From: Eledone cirrhosa
Taxonomy: Eukaryota
Length of the DNA stretch: 64,000 bases
Assembly (NCBI GenBank): GCA_964016885.1
Contig: OZ024744.1
Span: 129,456,001-129,520,000, forward strand
Reading direction: 5' to 3'
Shown here one piece after another: positions 48,501-61,140 of the stretch (position 1 is its first letter; each line of letters begins with the position of its first letter). Below the pieces are notes generated by a model. That model did no database searches, was not told the origin of the DNA, and was given only the letters and a program-made list of their open reading frames with translations. A program made the position numbers and the translations under genes.

Positions 48501-51500
48501 GGGTAAAGTTAAGTTAGGGTTAACTTAAGTTGGGGTTAAGTTAAGTGGTGGTTATGTTAAGTGGTGGTTATGTTAACTTGGGGTTAAGTTAAGTTGGGGT
48601 TAAGTTAAATTGGGGTTAAGTTAAATTGCGGTTCAGTTAAGTTGGGGTTAAGTTAAGTTGGGGTTAAGTTAATTAGGGTTAAGTTAAGTTGGGGTTAAGT
48701 TAAGTTGGGGTTAAGTTAAGTTGCGGTTAAGTTAAGTTGGCGTTAAGTTAAGTTGGGGTTAAGTTAAGTTGGGATTAAGTTAAGTTGGGGTTAAGTTAAG
48801 TTGGGGTTAAGTTAAGTTGGGGTTAAGTTAGATTGTTGTTAAGTTAAGTTGGGGTTAATTTAAGTTGGGGTTAATTTAAGTTGGGGTTAATTTAAGTTGG
48901 GGTTAAGTTAAGTCGGGGTTAAGTTGAGTTGGGGTTAGGTTAAGTTGGGGTTAAGTTAAGTTGGGGTTAAGTAAAGTTGGGGTTAAGATAAGTTGGGGTT
49001 AAGTTAAGTTGGGGTTGAGTTAAGTTGGGGTTGAGTTAATTTGGGGTTAACTTAAGTTGGGGTTAACTTAAGTCGGGATTAAGTTAAGTGGGGGTTAAGT
49101 TAAGTTGGGGTTAAATTAAGTTCGGGTTAAGTTAAGTTGGGGTTAAGTTAAGTTGGGGTTAAGTTAGGTTGGGGTTAAGTTAAGTTGGGGGTAAGTTAAG
49201 TTGGGGGTAAGTTAAGTCGGGGGTAATTTCAGTTGGGGTTAAGTTAAGTTGGGGTTGAGTTAAGTTGGGGCTAAGTTAAGTTGGGGTTATGTTAAGTTGG
49301 GGTTAATTTAAGTTGGGGTTAAGTTAAGTTGGGGTTCAATTAAGTTGCGGTTAATTTAAGTTGGGGTTAAGTTAAATTGGGGTTAAGTTAAGTTGGGGTT
49401 AAGTTAAGTTGGGGTTAAGTTAAGTTGGGATTAATTTAAGTTGGGGTTAAGTTAAGTTGGGGTTAAGTTAAGTTGGGGTTAAATTAAGTTGGGGTTAAGT
49501 TAAGTTGGGGTTAAGTTAAGTTGGGGTTAAGTTAAGTTGGGGTTAAGTTAATTTGTGGTTAAGTTAAGTTGGGGTTAAGTTAAGTTGGGGTTAAGTTCAG
49601 TCGGGGTTAAGTTAAGTCGGGGTTAAGTTAAGTTGGGGTTGAGTTAAGTTGGGGTTAAGTTAAGTTGGGGTTAAGATAAGTTGGGGTTAAGTTAAGTTGG
49701 GGTTGAGTTAAGTTGGGGTTGAGTTAATTTGGGGTTAAGTTAAGTTGGAGTTAACTTAAGTTGGGTTTAAGTTAAGTTGGGGGTAAGATAAGTTGGGGTT
49801 AGTTAAGTTGCGGTTAAGTTAAGTTGGGGTTAAGTTAAGTTGGGGTTAAGTTAAGTTGGGGTAAAGTTAAGTTGGGGGTAAGTTAAGTTGGGGGTAAGTT
49901 AAGTTGGGGGTAAGTTAAGTTGGGGTTAATTTAAGTTAGGTCTAATTAAGTTGGGGTTAAGTTAAGTTAGGGTTAAATTAAGTTGGGGTTAAGTTAAGTT
50001 GGGGTTAAATTAAGTTGGGGTTAAGTTAAGTTGGGGTTAAGTTAAGTTGGGGTTAAGTTAAGTTGCGGTTAAGTTAAGTTGAGGTTAAGTTAAGTAGGGG
50101 TTAAATTATGTTGGGGTTAAGTTAAGTTCGGGTTAAGTTAAGTTGGGGTTAAGTTGAGTTGGGGATAAGCTATGTTGGGTTTAAGTTAAGTTTGGGTTAA
50201 GTTAAGTTGGGGTTAAGTTAAGTTGGGGTTAAGTTAAGTTGGTTAGTTAAGTTGAGTTTAAGTTAAGTTGGGGTTAATTTAAGTTGCGGTTAAGTTAAGT
50301 TGGGGTTAAGTTAAGTTGGGGTTAAGTTAAGTTGGGGTTAAGTTAAGTTGCGGTTAAGTTAAGTTGAGGTTAAGTTAAGTTGGGGTTAAGTTAAGTTGGG
50401 GTTAAGTTAAGTTGGGGCTAAGTTAAGTTGGGGCTAAGTTAAGTTGGGGTTAAGTTAACTTTGGGTTAAGTTAAGTTGGGTTTGAGTTAAGTTGGGGTTA
50501 ATTAAGTTGGGGTTAAGTTAAGTTGGGGTTAAGTTAAGTTGGGGTTAAGTTAAGTTGGGGTTAAGTTAAGTTGGGGTTAAGTTGGGGTAAAGTTAAGTTG
50601 GGGTTAAGTTAAGTTGGGGTTAAGTTAAGTTGGGGTTAAGTTAAGTTGGGGTTAAGTTAAGTTGCGGTTAAGTTAAGTTGAGGTTAAGTTAAGTTGGGGT
50701 TAAGTTAAGTTGGGGTTAAGTTAAGTTGGGGCTAAGTTAAGTTGGGGCTAAGTTAAGTTGGGGCTAAGTTAAGTTGGGGTTAAGTTAACTTTGGGTTAAG
50801 TTAAGTTGGGTTTGAGTTAAGTTGGGGTTAATTAAGTTGGGGTTAAGTTAAGTTGGGGTTAAGTTAAGTTGGGGTTAAGTTAAGTTGGGGTTAAGTTAAG
50901 TTGCGGTTAAGTTAAGTTGATGTTAACTTAAGTTGGGGTTAAGTTAAGTTGGGGTTAAGTTAAGTTGGGGCTAAGTTAAGTTGGGGCTAAGTTAAGTTGG
51001 GGCTAAGTTAAGTTGGGGTTAAGTTAAGGTGGGGTTAAGTTAAGTTGGGGTCAACTTAAGTTGGGGTTAAGTTAAGTTGGGGTTAAGTTAAGTTGGGGTT
51101 AAGTTAAGTTGGGGTTAAGTTAAGTTGGGGTTACGTTAAGTTGGGGGTAAGTTAAGTTGGTGGTAAGTTAAGTTGTGGGTAAGTTAAGATGGGGTTAAAT
51201 TAAGTTGGGGTTAAGTTAAGTTGGGGTTATGTTAAGTTGGTGTTAAGTTAAGTTGGGGTTAAGTTAAGTTGGGGTTAAGTTAAGTTGGGGTTAAGTTAGG
51301 TTGGTGTTAAGTTAAGTTGGGGTTAAGTTAAGTTGGGGTTAAGTTATGTTGGGTTTAAGTTAAGTTGGGGCTAAGTTAAGTTAGGGCTAAGTTAAGTTGG
51401 GGTTAAGTAAAGTTAGGGCTAAGTTAATTTGGGGTTAAGTTAAGTTGGGGTTAATTTAAGTTGGGGTTACATTAAGTTGAGGTTAAGTTAAGTTGGGGTT

Positions 51501-54500
51501 AAGTTAAGTTAGGGTTAATTTAAGTTGGGGTTATGTTAAGTTGGGGTTAAGTTAAGTTGGGGTTAAGTTAGGTTGGTGTTAAGTTAAGTTGGGGGTAAGT
51601 TAAATTGCGGGTAAGTTAAGTTGGTGTTAAGTTAAGTTGGGGTTAATTTAAGTTGGGGTTAAGTTAAGTTGGGTTTAAGTTAAGTTGGGGCTAAGTTAAG
51701 TTAGGGCTAAGTTAAGTTGGGGCTGAGTTAAGTTGGGGTTAAGTTAAGTTGGGGTTAAGTTAAGTTGGGGTTAAGTTAAGTTGGGTTTAAGTTAAGTTGG
51801 GGTTAAGTTAAGTTGGGGTTTATATTAAGTTGGGGTTAATCTAAGTTGGGGTTAAGTTAAATTGAGGTTAAGTTAAGTTGGGGTTAATTTAAGTTGGGGT
51901 TAAGCTAAGTTGGGGTTAAGTTAAATTGAGGTTAAGTTAAGTTGGGGTTAAGTTAAGTTGGGGTTAATTTAAGTTGGGGCTAAGTAAAGTTGGGGCTAAG
52001 TTAAGTGGGGGTTAAGTTAAGTTAGGGTTGAGTTAAGTTGGGGTTAAGTTAACTTTGGGTTAAGTTAAGTTGGGTTTGAGTTAAGTTGGGGTTAATTAAG
52101 TTGGGGTTAAGTTAAGTTGGGGTTAAGTTAAGTTGGGGTTAAGTTAAGTTGGGGTTAAGTTAAGTTGCGGTTAAGTTAAGTTGAGGTTAAGTTAAGTTGG
52201 GGTTAAGTTAAGTTGGGGTTAAGTTAAGTTGGGGCTAAGTTAAGTTGGGGCTAAGTTAAGTTGGGGCTTAGTTAAGTTGGGGTTACGTTAAGTTGGGGTT
52301 AAGTTAAGGTGGGGTTTAGTTAAGTTGGGGTCAACTAAAGTTGGGGTTAAGTTAAGTTGGGGTTCACTTAAGTTGGGGTTAATCTAAGTTGGGGTTAAGT
52401 TAAGTTGGGGTTTATTTAAGTTGGGGTTCAGTTAATTTGGGGTTAAGTTATGTTTGGGTTAAGTTGGGGTTAAATTAAGTTGGGGTTAAGTTAAGTTGGG
52501 GTTAAGTTACGTTGGGGTTAATTTAAGTTGGGGTTAAGATAAGTTGCGGGTAATTTAAGTTGGGGTTAAGTTAAGTTGGGGTTAAGTTAAGTTGGGGTTA
52601 AGTTAAGTTGGGGGTAAGTTAAGTTGGGGGTAAGTTAAGTTGGGAGTAAGTTAAGTTGGGGTTAAGTTAAGTTGGGGTTAAGTTAAGTTGGGGTTAAGTT
52701 AAGTTAGGGTTAAGTTAAGTTGGGGTTGAGTTAAGTTGGGGTTAAGTTAAGTTGGGGTTATGTTAAGTTGGGGTTAAGTTAAATTGGGGTTAATTTAACT
52801 TTGTGGTTAAGTTAAGTTGGGGTTAAGTTAAGTTGGGGTTAAGTTAAGTTGGGGTTAATTTAAGTTGCGGATAAGTTAAGTTGAGGTTAAGCTAAGTTGG
52901 GGTTAAGTTAAGTTGGGGTTAAGTTAAGTTGGGGCTAAGTTAAGTTGGGGCTAAGTTAAGTTGGGGCTTAGTTAAGTTGGGGTTAAGTTAAGTTGGGGTT
53001 AAGTTAAGGTGGGGTTTAGTTAAGTTGGGGTCAACTAAAGTTGGGGTTAAGTTAAGTTGGGGTTTATTTAAGTTGGGGTTCAGTTAATTTGGGGTTAAGT
53101 TAAGTTTGGGTTAAGTTGGGGTTAAATTAAGTTGGGGTTAAGTTAAGTTGGGGTTAATTTAAGTTGGGGTTAAGTTAAGTTGGGGTTAAGTTAAGTTGGG
53201 GTTAAGTTAAGTTGGGGGTAAGTTAAGTTGGGGGTAAGTTAAGTTGGTGTTAATTTAAGTTGGGGTTAAGTTAAGTTGGGGTTAAGTTAAGTTGGGGTTA
53301 AGTTGAGTTGGGGTAAAGTTAAGTTGGGGTTAAGTTAAGTTGGGGTTAATTTAAGTTGGGGTTAAGTTAAGTTGGGGTTAATTTAAGTTGGGGTTAATTT
53401 AAGTTGGGGTTAAGTTAAGTTGGGGTTAAGTTAAGTTGGGGTTAAGTTAAGTTGGGGGTAAGTTAAGTTGGGGTTAAGTTAAGTTGGGGTTAATTTGGGG
53501 TAAAGTTAAGTTAGGGTTAACTTAAGTTGGGGTTAAGTTAAGTGGTGGTTATGTTAAGTGGTGGTTATGTTAACTTGGGGTTAAGTTAAGTTGGGGTTAA
53601 GTTAAATTGGGGTTAAGTTAAATTGCGGTTCAGTTAAGTTGGGGTTAAGTTAAGTTGGGGTTAAGTTAATTAGGGTTAAGTTAAGTTGGGGTTAAGTTAA
53701 GTTGGGGTTAAGTTAAGTTGCGGTTAAGTTAAGTTGGCGTTAAGTTAAGTTGGGGTTAAGTTAAGTTGGGATTAAGTTAAGTTGGGGTTAAGTTAAGTTG
53801 GGGTTAAGTTAAGTTGGGGTTAAGTTAGATTGTTGTTAAGTTAAGTTGGGGTTAATTTAAGTTGGGGTTAATTTAAGTTGGGGTTAATTTAAGTTGGGGT
53901 TAAGTTAAGTCGGGGTTAAGTTGAGTTGGGGTTAGGTTAAGTTGGGGTTAAGTTAAGTTGGGGTTAAGTAAAGTTGGGGTTAAGATAAGTTGGGGTTAAG
54001 TTAAGTTGGGGTTGAGTTAAGTTGGGGTTGAGTTAATTTGGGGTTAACTTAAGTTGGGGTTAACTTAAGTCGGGATTAAGTTAAGTGGGGGTTAAGTTAA
54101 GTTGGGGTTAAATTAAGTTCGGGTTAAGTTAAGTTGGGGTTAAGTTAAGTTGGGGTTAAGTTAGGTTGGGGTTAAGTTAAGTTGGGGGTAAGTTAAGTTG
54201 GGGGTAAGTTAAGTCGGGGGTAATTTCAGTTGGGGTTAAGTTAAGTTGGGGTTGAGTTAAGTTGGGGCTAAGTTAAGTTGGGGTTATGTTAAGTTGGGGT
54301 TAATTTAAGTTGGGGTTAAGTTAAGTTGGGGTTCAATTAAGTTGCGGTTAATTTAAGTTGGGGTTAAGTTAAATTGGGGTTAAGTTAAGTTGGGGTTAAG
54401 TTAAGTTGGGGTTAAGTTAAGTTGGGATTAATTTAAGTTGGGGTTAAGTTAAGTTGGGGTTAAGTTAAGTTGGGGTTAAATTAAGTTGGGGTTAAGTTAA

Positions 54501-55430
54501 GTTGGGGTTAAGTTAAGTTGGGGTTAAGTTAAGTTGGGGTTAAGTTAATTTGTGGTTAAGTTAAGTTGGGGTTAAGTTAAGTTGGGGTTAAGTTCAGTCG
54601 GGGTTAAGTTAAGTCGGGGTTAAGTTAAGTTGGGGTTGAGTTAAGTTGGGGTTAAGTTAAGTTGGGGTTAAGATAAGTTGGGGTTAAGTTAAGTTGGGGT
54701 TGAGTTAAGTTGGGGTTGAGTTAATTTGGGGTTAAGTTAAGTTGGAGTTAACTTAAGTTGGGTTTAAGTTAAGTTGGGGGTAAGATAAGTTGGGGTTAGT
54801 TAAGTTGCGGTTAAGTTAAGTTGGGGTTAAGTTAAGTTGGGGTTAAGTTAAGTTGGGGTAAAGTTAAGTTGGGGGTAAGTTAAGTTGGGGGTAAGTTAAG
54901 TTGGGGGTAAGTTAAGTTGGGGTTAATTTAAGTTAGGTCTAATTAAGTTGGGGTTAAGTTAAGTTAGGGTTAAATTAAGTTGGGGTTAAGTTAAGTTGGG
55001 GTTAAATTAAGTTGGGGTTAAGTTAAGTTGGGGTTAAGTTAAGTTGGGGTTAAGTTAAGTTGCGGTTAAGTTAAGTTGAGGTTAAGTTAAGTAGGGGTTA
55101 AATTATGTTGGGGTTAAGTTAAGTTCGGGTTAAGTTAAGTTGGGGTTAAGTTGAGTTGGGGATAAGCTATGTTGGGTTTAAGTTAAGTTTGGGTTAAGTT
55201 AAGTTGGGGTTAAGTTAAGTTGGGGTTAAGTTAAGTTGGTTAGTTAAGTTGAGTTTAAGTTAAGTTGGGGTTAATTTAAGTTGCGGTTAAGTTAAGTTGG
55301 GGTTAAGTTAAGTTGGGGTTAAGTTAAGTTGGGGTTAAGTTAAGTTGCGGTTAAGTTAAGTTGAGGTTAAGTTAAGTTGGGGTTAAGTTAAGTTGGGGTT
55401 AAGTTAAGTTGGGGCTAAGTTAAGTTGGGG
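45570..55430 (+). repeat. Near-perfect tandem duplication, period 4997 bp
   Basis: GGGGTAAAG 45591/50588, TTGTGGGTAAG 46176/51173, TTTATATTAAG 46825/51822, TAGGTCTAATT 49942/54939 and GATAAGCTATG 50170/55167. All five offsets are 4997. Confidence 0.93.
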
Positions 55431-58400
55431 CTAAGTTAAGTTGGGGCTAAGTTAAGTTGGGGTTAAGTTAACTTTGGGTTAAGTTAATTTGGGTTTGAGT
55501 TAAGTTGGGGTTAATTAAGTTGGGGTTAAGTTAAGTTGGGGTTAGGTTAAGTTGGGGTTAAGTTAAGTTGGGGTTAAGTTAAGTTGCGGTTAAGTTAAGT
55601 TGATGTTAAGTTAATTTGGGGTTAAGTTAAGTTGGGGTTAAGTTAAGTTGGGGTTAAGTTAAGGTGGGGTTAAGTTAAGTTGGGGTCAACTTAAGTTGGG
55701 GTTAAGTTAAGTTGGGGTTAACTTAAGTTGGGGTTAAGTTAAGTTGGGGTTAAGTTAAGTTGAGGTTAAGTTAAGTTGGTGTTAAGTTAATTTGTGGCTA
55801 AGTTAAGTTGGGGCTGAGTTAAGTTGGGGCTGAGTTAAGTTGGAGTTAAGTTAAGCTGGGGTTGAGTTAAGTTGCGGTTAAGTTAAGTTGGGGTTAAGTT
55901 AAGTTGGGGTTAAGTTAAGTTGGGGTTTATTTAAGTTGGGGTTCAGTTAATTTGGGGTTAAGTTAAGTTTGGGTTAAGTTGGGGTTAAATTAAGTTGGGG
56001 TTAAATTAAGTTGGGGTTAAGCTAAGTTGGGGTTAAGTTAAGTTGGGGTTAATTTAAGTTGGGGTTAAGTTAAGTTGCGGGTAATTTAAGTCGGGGATAA
56101 GTTAAGTTGGGGTTAAGTTAAGTTGGGGTTAAGTTAAGGTGGGGTTTAGTTAAGTTGGGGTTAAGTTAAGTTGGGGGTAAGTTAAGTTGGGGGTAAGTTA
56201 AGTTGGGGGTAAGTTAAGTTGGGGTTAAGTTAAGTTGGGGTTAAGTTAAGTTGGGGTTAAATTAAGTTAGGGTTAAGTTAAGTTGGGGTTGAGTTAAGTT
56301 GGGGTTAAGTTAAGTTGGGGTTATGTTAAGTTGGGGTTAAGTTAAGTTGGGGTTAAGTTAAGTTGGGGTTAAGTTAAGTTGCGGTTAAGTTAAGTTGGGG
56401 TTAAATTAAGTTAGGGTTAAGTTAAGTTGGGATTAAGTTAAGTTGGGGTTAAGTTAAGTTGGGGTTAAGTTAAGTTGGGGTTAAGTTAGATTGTTGTTAA
56501 GTTAAGTTGGGGTTAAGTTAAGTTGGGGTTAAGTTAAGTTGGGGTTAATTTAAGTTGGGGTTAAGTTAAGTCGGGGTTAAGTTGAGTTGGGGTTAACTTA
56601 AGTTGGGGTTAAGTTAAGTTGGGGTTAAGTTAAGTTGGGGTTAAGATAAGTTGGGGTTAAGTTAAGTTGGGGTTGAGTTAAGTTCGGGTTGAGTTAATTT
56701 GGCGTTGACTTAAGTTGGGGTTAACTTAAGTTGGGATTAAGTTAAGTTGGGGTTAAGTTAATTTGGGGTTAAATTAAGTTCGGGTTAAATTAAGTTGGGG
56801 TTAAGTTAAGTTGGGCTTAAGTTAAGTTGGGGTTAAGTTAAGTTGGGGTTAAGTTAGGTTGGGGTTAAGTTAAGTTGGGGGTAAGTTAAGTTGGGGGTAA
56901 GTTAAGTTGGGGTTAATTTAAGTTGGGTCGAATTAAGTTGGTGTTAAGTTAAGTTGGGGTTAAGTTAAGTTGGGGTTAAGTTAAGTTGGGGTTAAGTTAA
57001 GTTGGGGTTAAATTAAGTTGGGGTTAAGTTAAGTTGGGGTTTAGTTAAGTTGGGGTTAAGTTAAGTTGGGGTTAAGTTGGGGTTACGTTAAGTTGGGGGT
57101 AAGTTAAGTTAGGGTTAAGTTAAGTTGGGGTTGAGTTAAGTAGGGGTTAAGTTAAGTTGGGGTTATGTTAAGTTGGGGTTAAGTTAAGTTGGGGTTAAGT
57201 TAAGTTGGTGTTCAATTAAGTTGCGGTTAATTTAAGTTGGGGTTAAGTTAAGTTGGGGTTAAGTTAAGTTGGGGTTAATTTAAGTTGGGGTTAAGTCAAG
57301 TTGGGGTTAAATTAAGTTGGGGTTAAATTAAGTTGGGGTTAAGTTAAGTTGGGGTTATGTTAACTTGGTGTTAAGTTAAGTTGGGGTTAAGTTAAGTTGG
57401 GGTTAAGTTAAGTTGGGGTTAAGTTAGGTTGGTGTTAAGTTAAGTTGGGGGTAAGTTAAGTTGGGGGTAAGTTAAGTTGGTGTTAAGTTAAGTTGGGGTT
57501 AAGTTAAGTTGGGGTTAAGTTAAGTTGGGTTTAAGTTAAGTTGGGGCTAAGTTAAGTTAGGGCTAAGTTAAGTTGGGGTTAAGTAAAGTTAGGGCTAAGT
57601 TAAGTTGGGTTAAGTTAAGTTGGGGTTAATTTAAGTTGGGGTTACATTAAGTTGAGGTTAAGTTAAGTTGGTGTTAAGTTAAGTTGGGGTTAATTTAAGT
57701 TGGGGCTAAGTTAAGTTGGGGCTAAGTTAAGTTGGGGCTTAGTTAAGTTGGGGTTAAGTTAAGTTGGGGTTAAGTTAAGGTGGGGTTTAGTTAAGTTGGG
57801 GTCAACTAAAGTTGGGGTTAAGTTAAGTTGGGGTTTATTTAAGTTGGGGTTCAGTTAATTTGGGGTTAAGTTAAGTTTTGGGTTAAGTTGGGGTTAAATT
57901 AAGTTGGGGTTAAGTTAAGTTGGGGTTAAGTTAAGTTGGGGTTAAGTTAAGTTGGGGTTAAGTTAAGTTGGGGTTAAGTTAAGTTGGGGGTAAGTTAAGT
58001 TGGGGGTAAGTTAAGTTGGTGTTAAGTTAAGTTGGGGTTAAGTTAAGTTGGGGTTAAGTTAAGTTGGGTTTAAGTTAAGTTGGGGCTGAGTTAAGTTAGG
58101 GCTAAGTTAAGTTGGAGTTAAGTAAAGTTAGGGCTAAGTTAAGTTGGGGTTAAGTTAAGTTGTGGTTAATTTAAGTTGGGGTTACATTAAGATGAGGTTA
58201 AGTTAAGTTGGTGTTAAGTTAAGTTGGGGTTAATTTAAGTTAAGTTGGGGTTAAGTTAAGTTGGGGTTAAGTTAAGTTGGGGTTAAATTAAGTTGGGGTT
58301 AAGTTAAGTTGGGGGTAAGATAAGTTGGGGTTAGTTAAGTTGCGGTTAAGTTAAGTTGGGGTTAAGTTAAGTTGGGGTTAAGTTAAGTTGGGGTAAAGTT

Positions 58401-61140
58401 AAGTTGGGGTTAAGTTAAGTTGGGGGTAAGTTAAGTTGGGGGTAAGTTAAGTTGGGGTTAATTTAAGTTAGGTCTAATTAAGTTGGGGTTAAGTTAAGTT
58501 GGGGTTAAATTAATTGGGGTTAAGTTAAGTTGGGATTAAATTAAGTTGGGGTTAAGTTAAGTTGGGGTTAAGTTAAGTTGGGGTTAAGTTAAGTTGCGGT
58601 TAAGTTAAGTTGAGGTTAAGTTAAGTAGGGGTTAAATTATGTTGGGGTTAAGTTAAGTTCGGGTTAAGTTAAGTTGGGATTAAGTTGAGTTGGGGATAAG
58701 TTAAGTTGGGGATAAGTTAAGTTGGGGTTAAGTTAAGTTGGGGTTAAGTTAAGTTGGTTAGTTAAGTTGAGTTTAAGTTAAGTTGGGGTTAATTTAAGTT
58801 GCGGTTAAGTTAAGTTGGGGTTAAGTTAAGTTGGGGTTAAGTTAAGTTGGGATTAAGTTAAGTTGCGGTTAAGTTAAGTTGGGGTTAAGTTAAGTTGGGG
58901 CTAAGTTAAGTTGGGGCTAAGTTAAGTTGGGGCTAAGTTAAGTTGGGGTTAAGTTAACTTTGGGTTAAGTTAATTTGGGTTTGAGTTAAGTTGGGGTTAA
59001 TTAAGTTGGGGTTAAGTTAAGTTGGGGTTAAGTTAAGTTGGCGTTAAGTTAAGTTGCGGTTAAGTTAAGTTGATGTTAAGTTAATTTGGGGTTAAGTTAA
59101 GTTGGGGTTAAGTTAAGTTGGGGTTAAGTTAAGTTGGGGTTAAGTTAAGCTGGGGTTAAGTTAAGTTGGGGTCAACTTAAGTTGGGGTTAAGTTAAGTTG
59201 GGGTTAACTTAAGTTGGGGTTAAGTTAAGTTGGGGTTAAGTTAAGTTGAGGTTAAGTTAAGTTGGTGTTAAGTTAAGCTGGGGTTGAGTTAAGTTGCGGT
59301 TAAGTTAAGTTGGGGTTAAGTTAAGTTGGGGTTAAGTTAAGTTGGGGTTAAGTTAAGTTGGGGTTTATTTAAGTTGGGGTTCAGTTAATTTGGGGTTAAG
59401 TTAAGTTTGGGTTAAGTTGGGGTTAAATTAAGTTGGGGTTAAATTAAGTTGGGGTTAAGCTAAGTTGGGGTTAAGTTAAGTTGGGGTTAATTTAAGTTGG
59501 GGTTAAGTTAAGTTGCGGGTAATTTAAGTCGGGGTTAAGTTAAGTTGGGGTTAAGTTAAGTTGGGGTTAAGTTAAGGTGGGGTTTAGTTAAGTTGGGGTT
59601 AAGTTAAGTTGGGGGTAAGTTAAGTTGGGGGTAAGTTAAGTTGGGGGTAAGTTAAGTTGGGGTTAAGTTAAGTTGGGGTTAAGTTAAGTTGGGGTTAAAT
59701 TAAGTTAGGGTTAAGGTAAGTTGGGGTTGAGTTAAGTTGGGGTTAAGTTAAGTTGGGGTTATGTTAAGTTGGGGTTAAGTTAAGTTGGGGTTAAGTTAAG
59801 TTGGGGTTAAGTTAAGTTGCGGTTAAGTTAAGTTGGGGTTAAATTAAGTTAGGGTTAAGTTAAGTTGGGATTAAGTTAAGTTGGGGTTAAGTTAAGTTGG
59901 GGTTAAGTTAAGTTGGGGTTAAGTTAGATTGTTGTTAAGTTAAGTTGGGGTTAAGTTAAGTTGGGGTTAAGTTAAGTTGGGGTTAATTTAAGTTGGGGTT
60001 AAGTTAAGTCGGGGTTAAGTTGAGTTGGGGTTAAGTTAAGTTGGGGTTAAGTTAAGTTGGGGTTAATTTAAGTTGGGGTTAAGATAAGTTGGGGTTAAGT
60101 TAAGTTGGGGTTGAGTTAAGTTCGGGTTGAGTTAATTTGGCGTTGACTTAAGTTGGGGTTAACTTAAGTTGGGATTAAGTTAAGTTGGGGTTAAGTTAAT
60201 TTGGGGTTAAATTAAGTTCGGGTTAAATTAAGTTGGGGTTAAGTTAAGTTGGGCTTAAGTTAAGTTGGGGTTAAGTTAAGTTGGGGTTAAGTTAGGTTGG
60301 GGTTAAGTTAAGTTGGGGGTAAGTTAAGTTGGGGGTAAGTTAAGTTGGGGTTAATTTAAGTTGGGTCGAATTAAGTTGGTGTTAAGTTAAGTTGGGGTTA
60401 AGTTAAGTTGGGGTTAAGTTAAGTTGGGGTTAAGTTAAGTTGGGGTTAAATTAAGTTGGGGTTAAGTTAAGTTGGGGTTTAGTTAAGTTGGGGTTAAGTT
60501 AAGTTGGGGTTAAGTTGGGGTTACGTTAAGTTGGGGGTAAGTTAAGTTAGGGTTAAGTTAAGTTGGGGTTGAGTTAAGTCGGGGTTAAGTTAAGTTGGGG
60601 TTATGTTAAGTTGGGGTTAAGTTAAGTTGGGGTTAAGTTAAGTTGGGGTTCAATTAAGTTGCGGTTAATTTAAGTTGGGGTTAAGTTAAGTTGGGGTTAA
60701 GTTAAGTTGGGGTTAAGTTAAGTTGGGGTTAAGTTAAGTTGGGGTTAAATTAAGTTGGGGTTAAATTAAGTTGGGGTTAAGTTAAGTTGGGGTTATGTTA
60801 AGTTGGTGTTAAGTTAAGTTGGGGTTAAGTTAAGTTGGGGTTAAGTTAAGTTGGGGTTAAGTTAGGTTGGTGTTAAGTTAAGTTGGGGGTAAGTTAAGTT
60901 GGGGGTAAGTTAAGTTGGTGTTAAGTTAAGTTGGGGTTAAGTTAAGTTGGGGTTAAGTTAAGTTGGGTTTAAGTTAAGTTGGGGCTAAGTTAAGTTAGGG
61001 CTAAGTTAAGTTGGGGTTAAGTAAAGTAAGGGCTAAGTTAAGTTGGGTTAAGTTAAGTTGGGGTTAATTTAAGTTGGGGTTACATTAAGTTGAGGTTAAG
61101 TTAAGTTGGTGTTAAGTTAAGTTGGGGTTAATTTAAGTTG
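54770..61140 (+). repeat. More diverged duplication with about 3.4-3.5 kb offset (about 54770-57690 vs about 58310-61140)
   Basis: GGCGTTGACT 56703/60141 and GGGTCGAATT 56929/60367 (offset 3438). TAGGTCTAATT 54939/58474 (offset 3535). Several private substitutions separate the copies, e.g. GTAGGGG at about 57140 vs GTCGGGG at about 60579. Confidence 0.85.
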
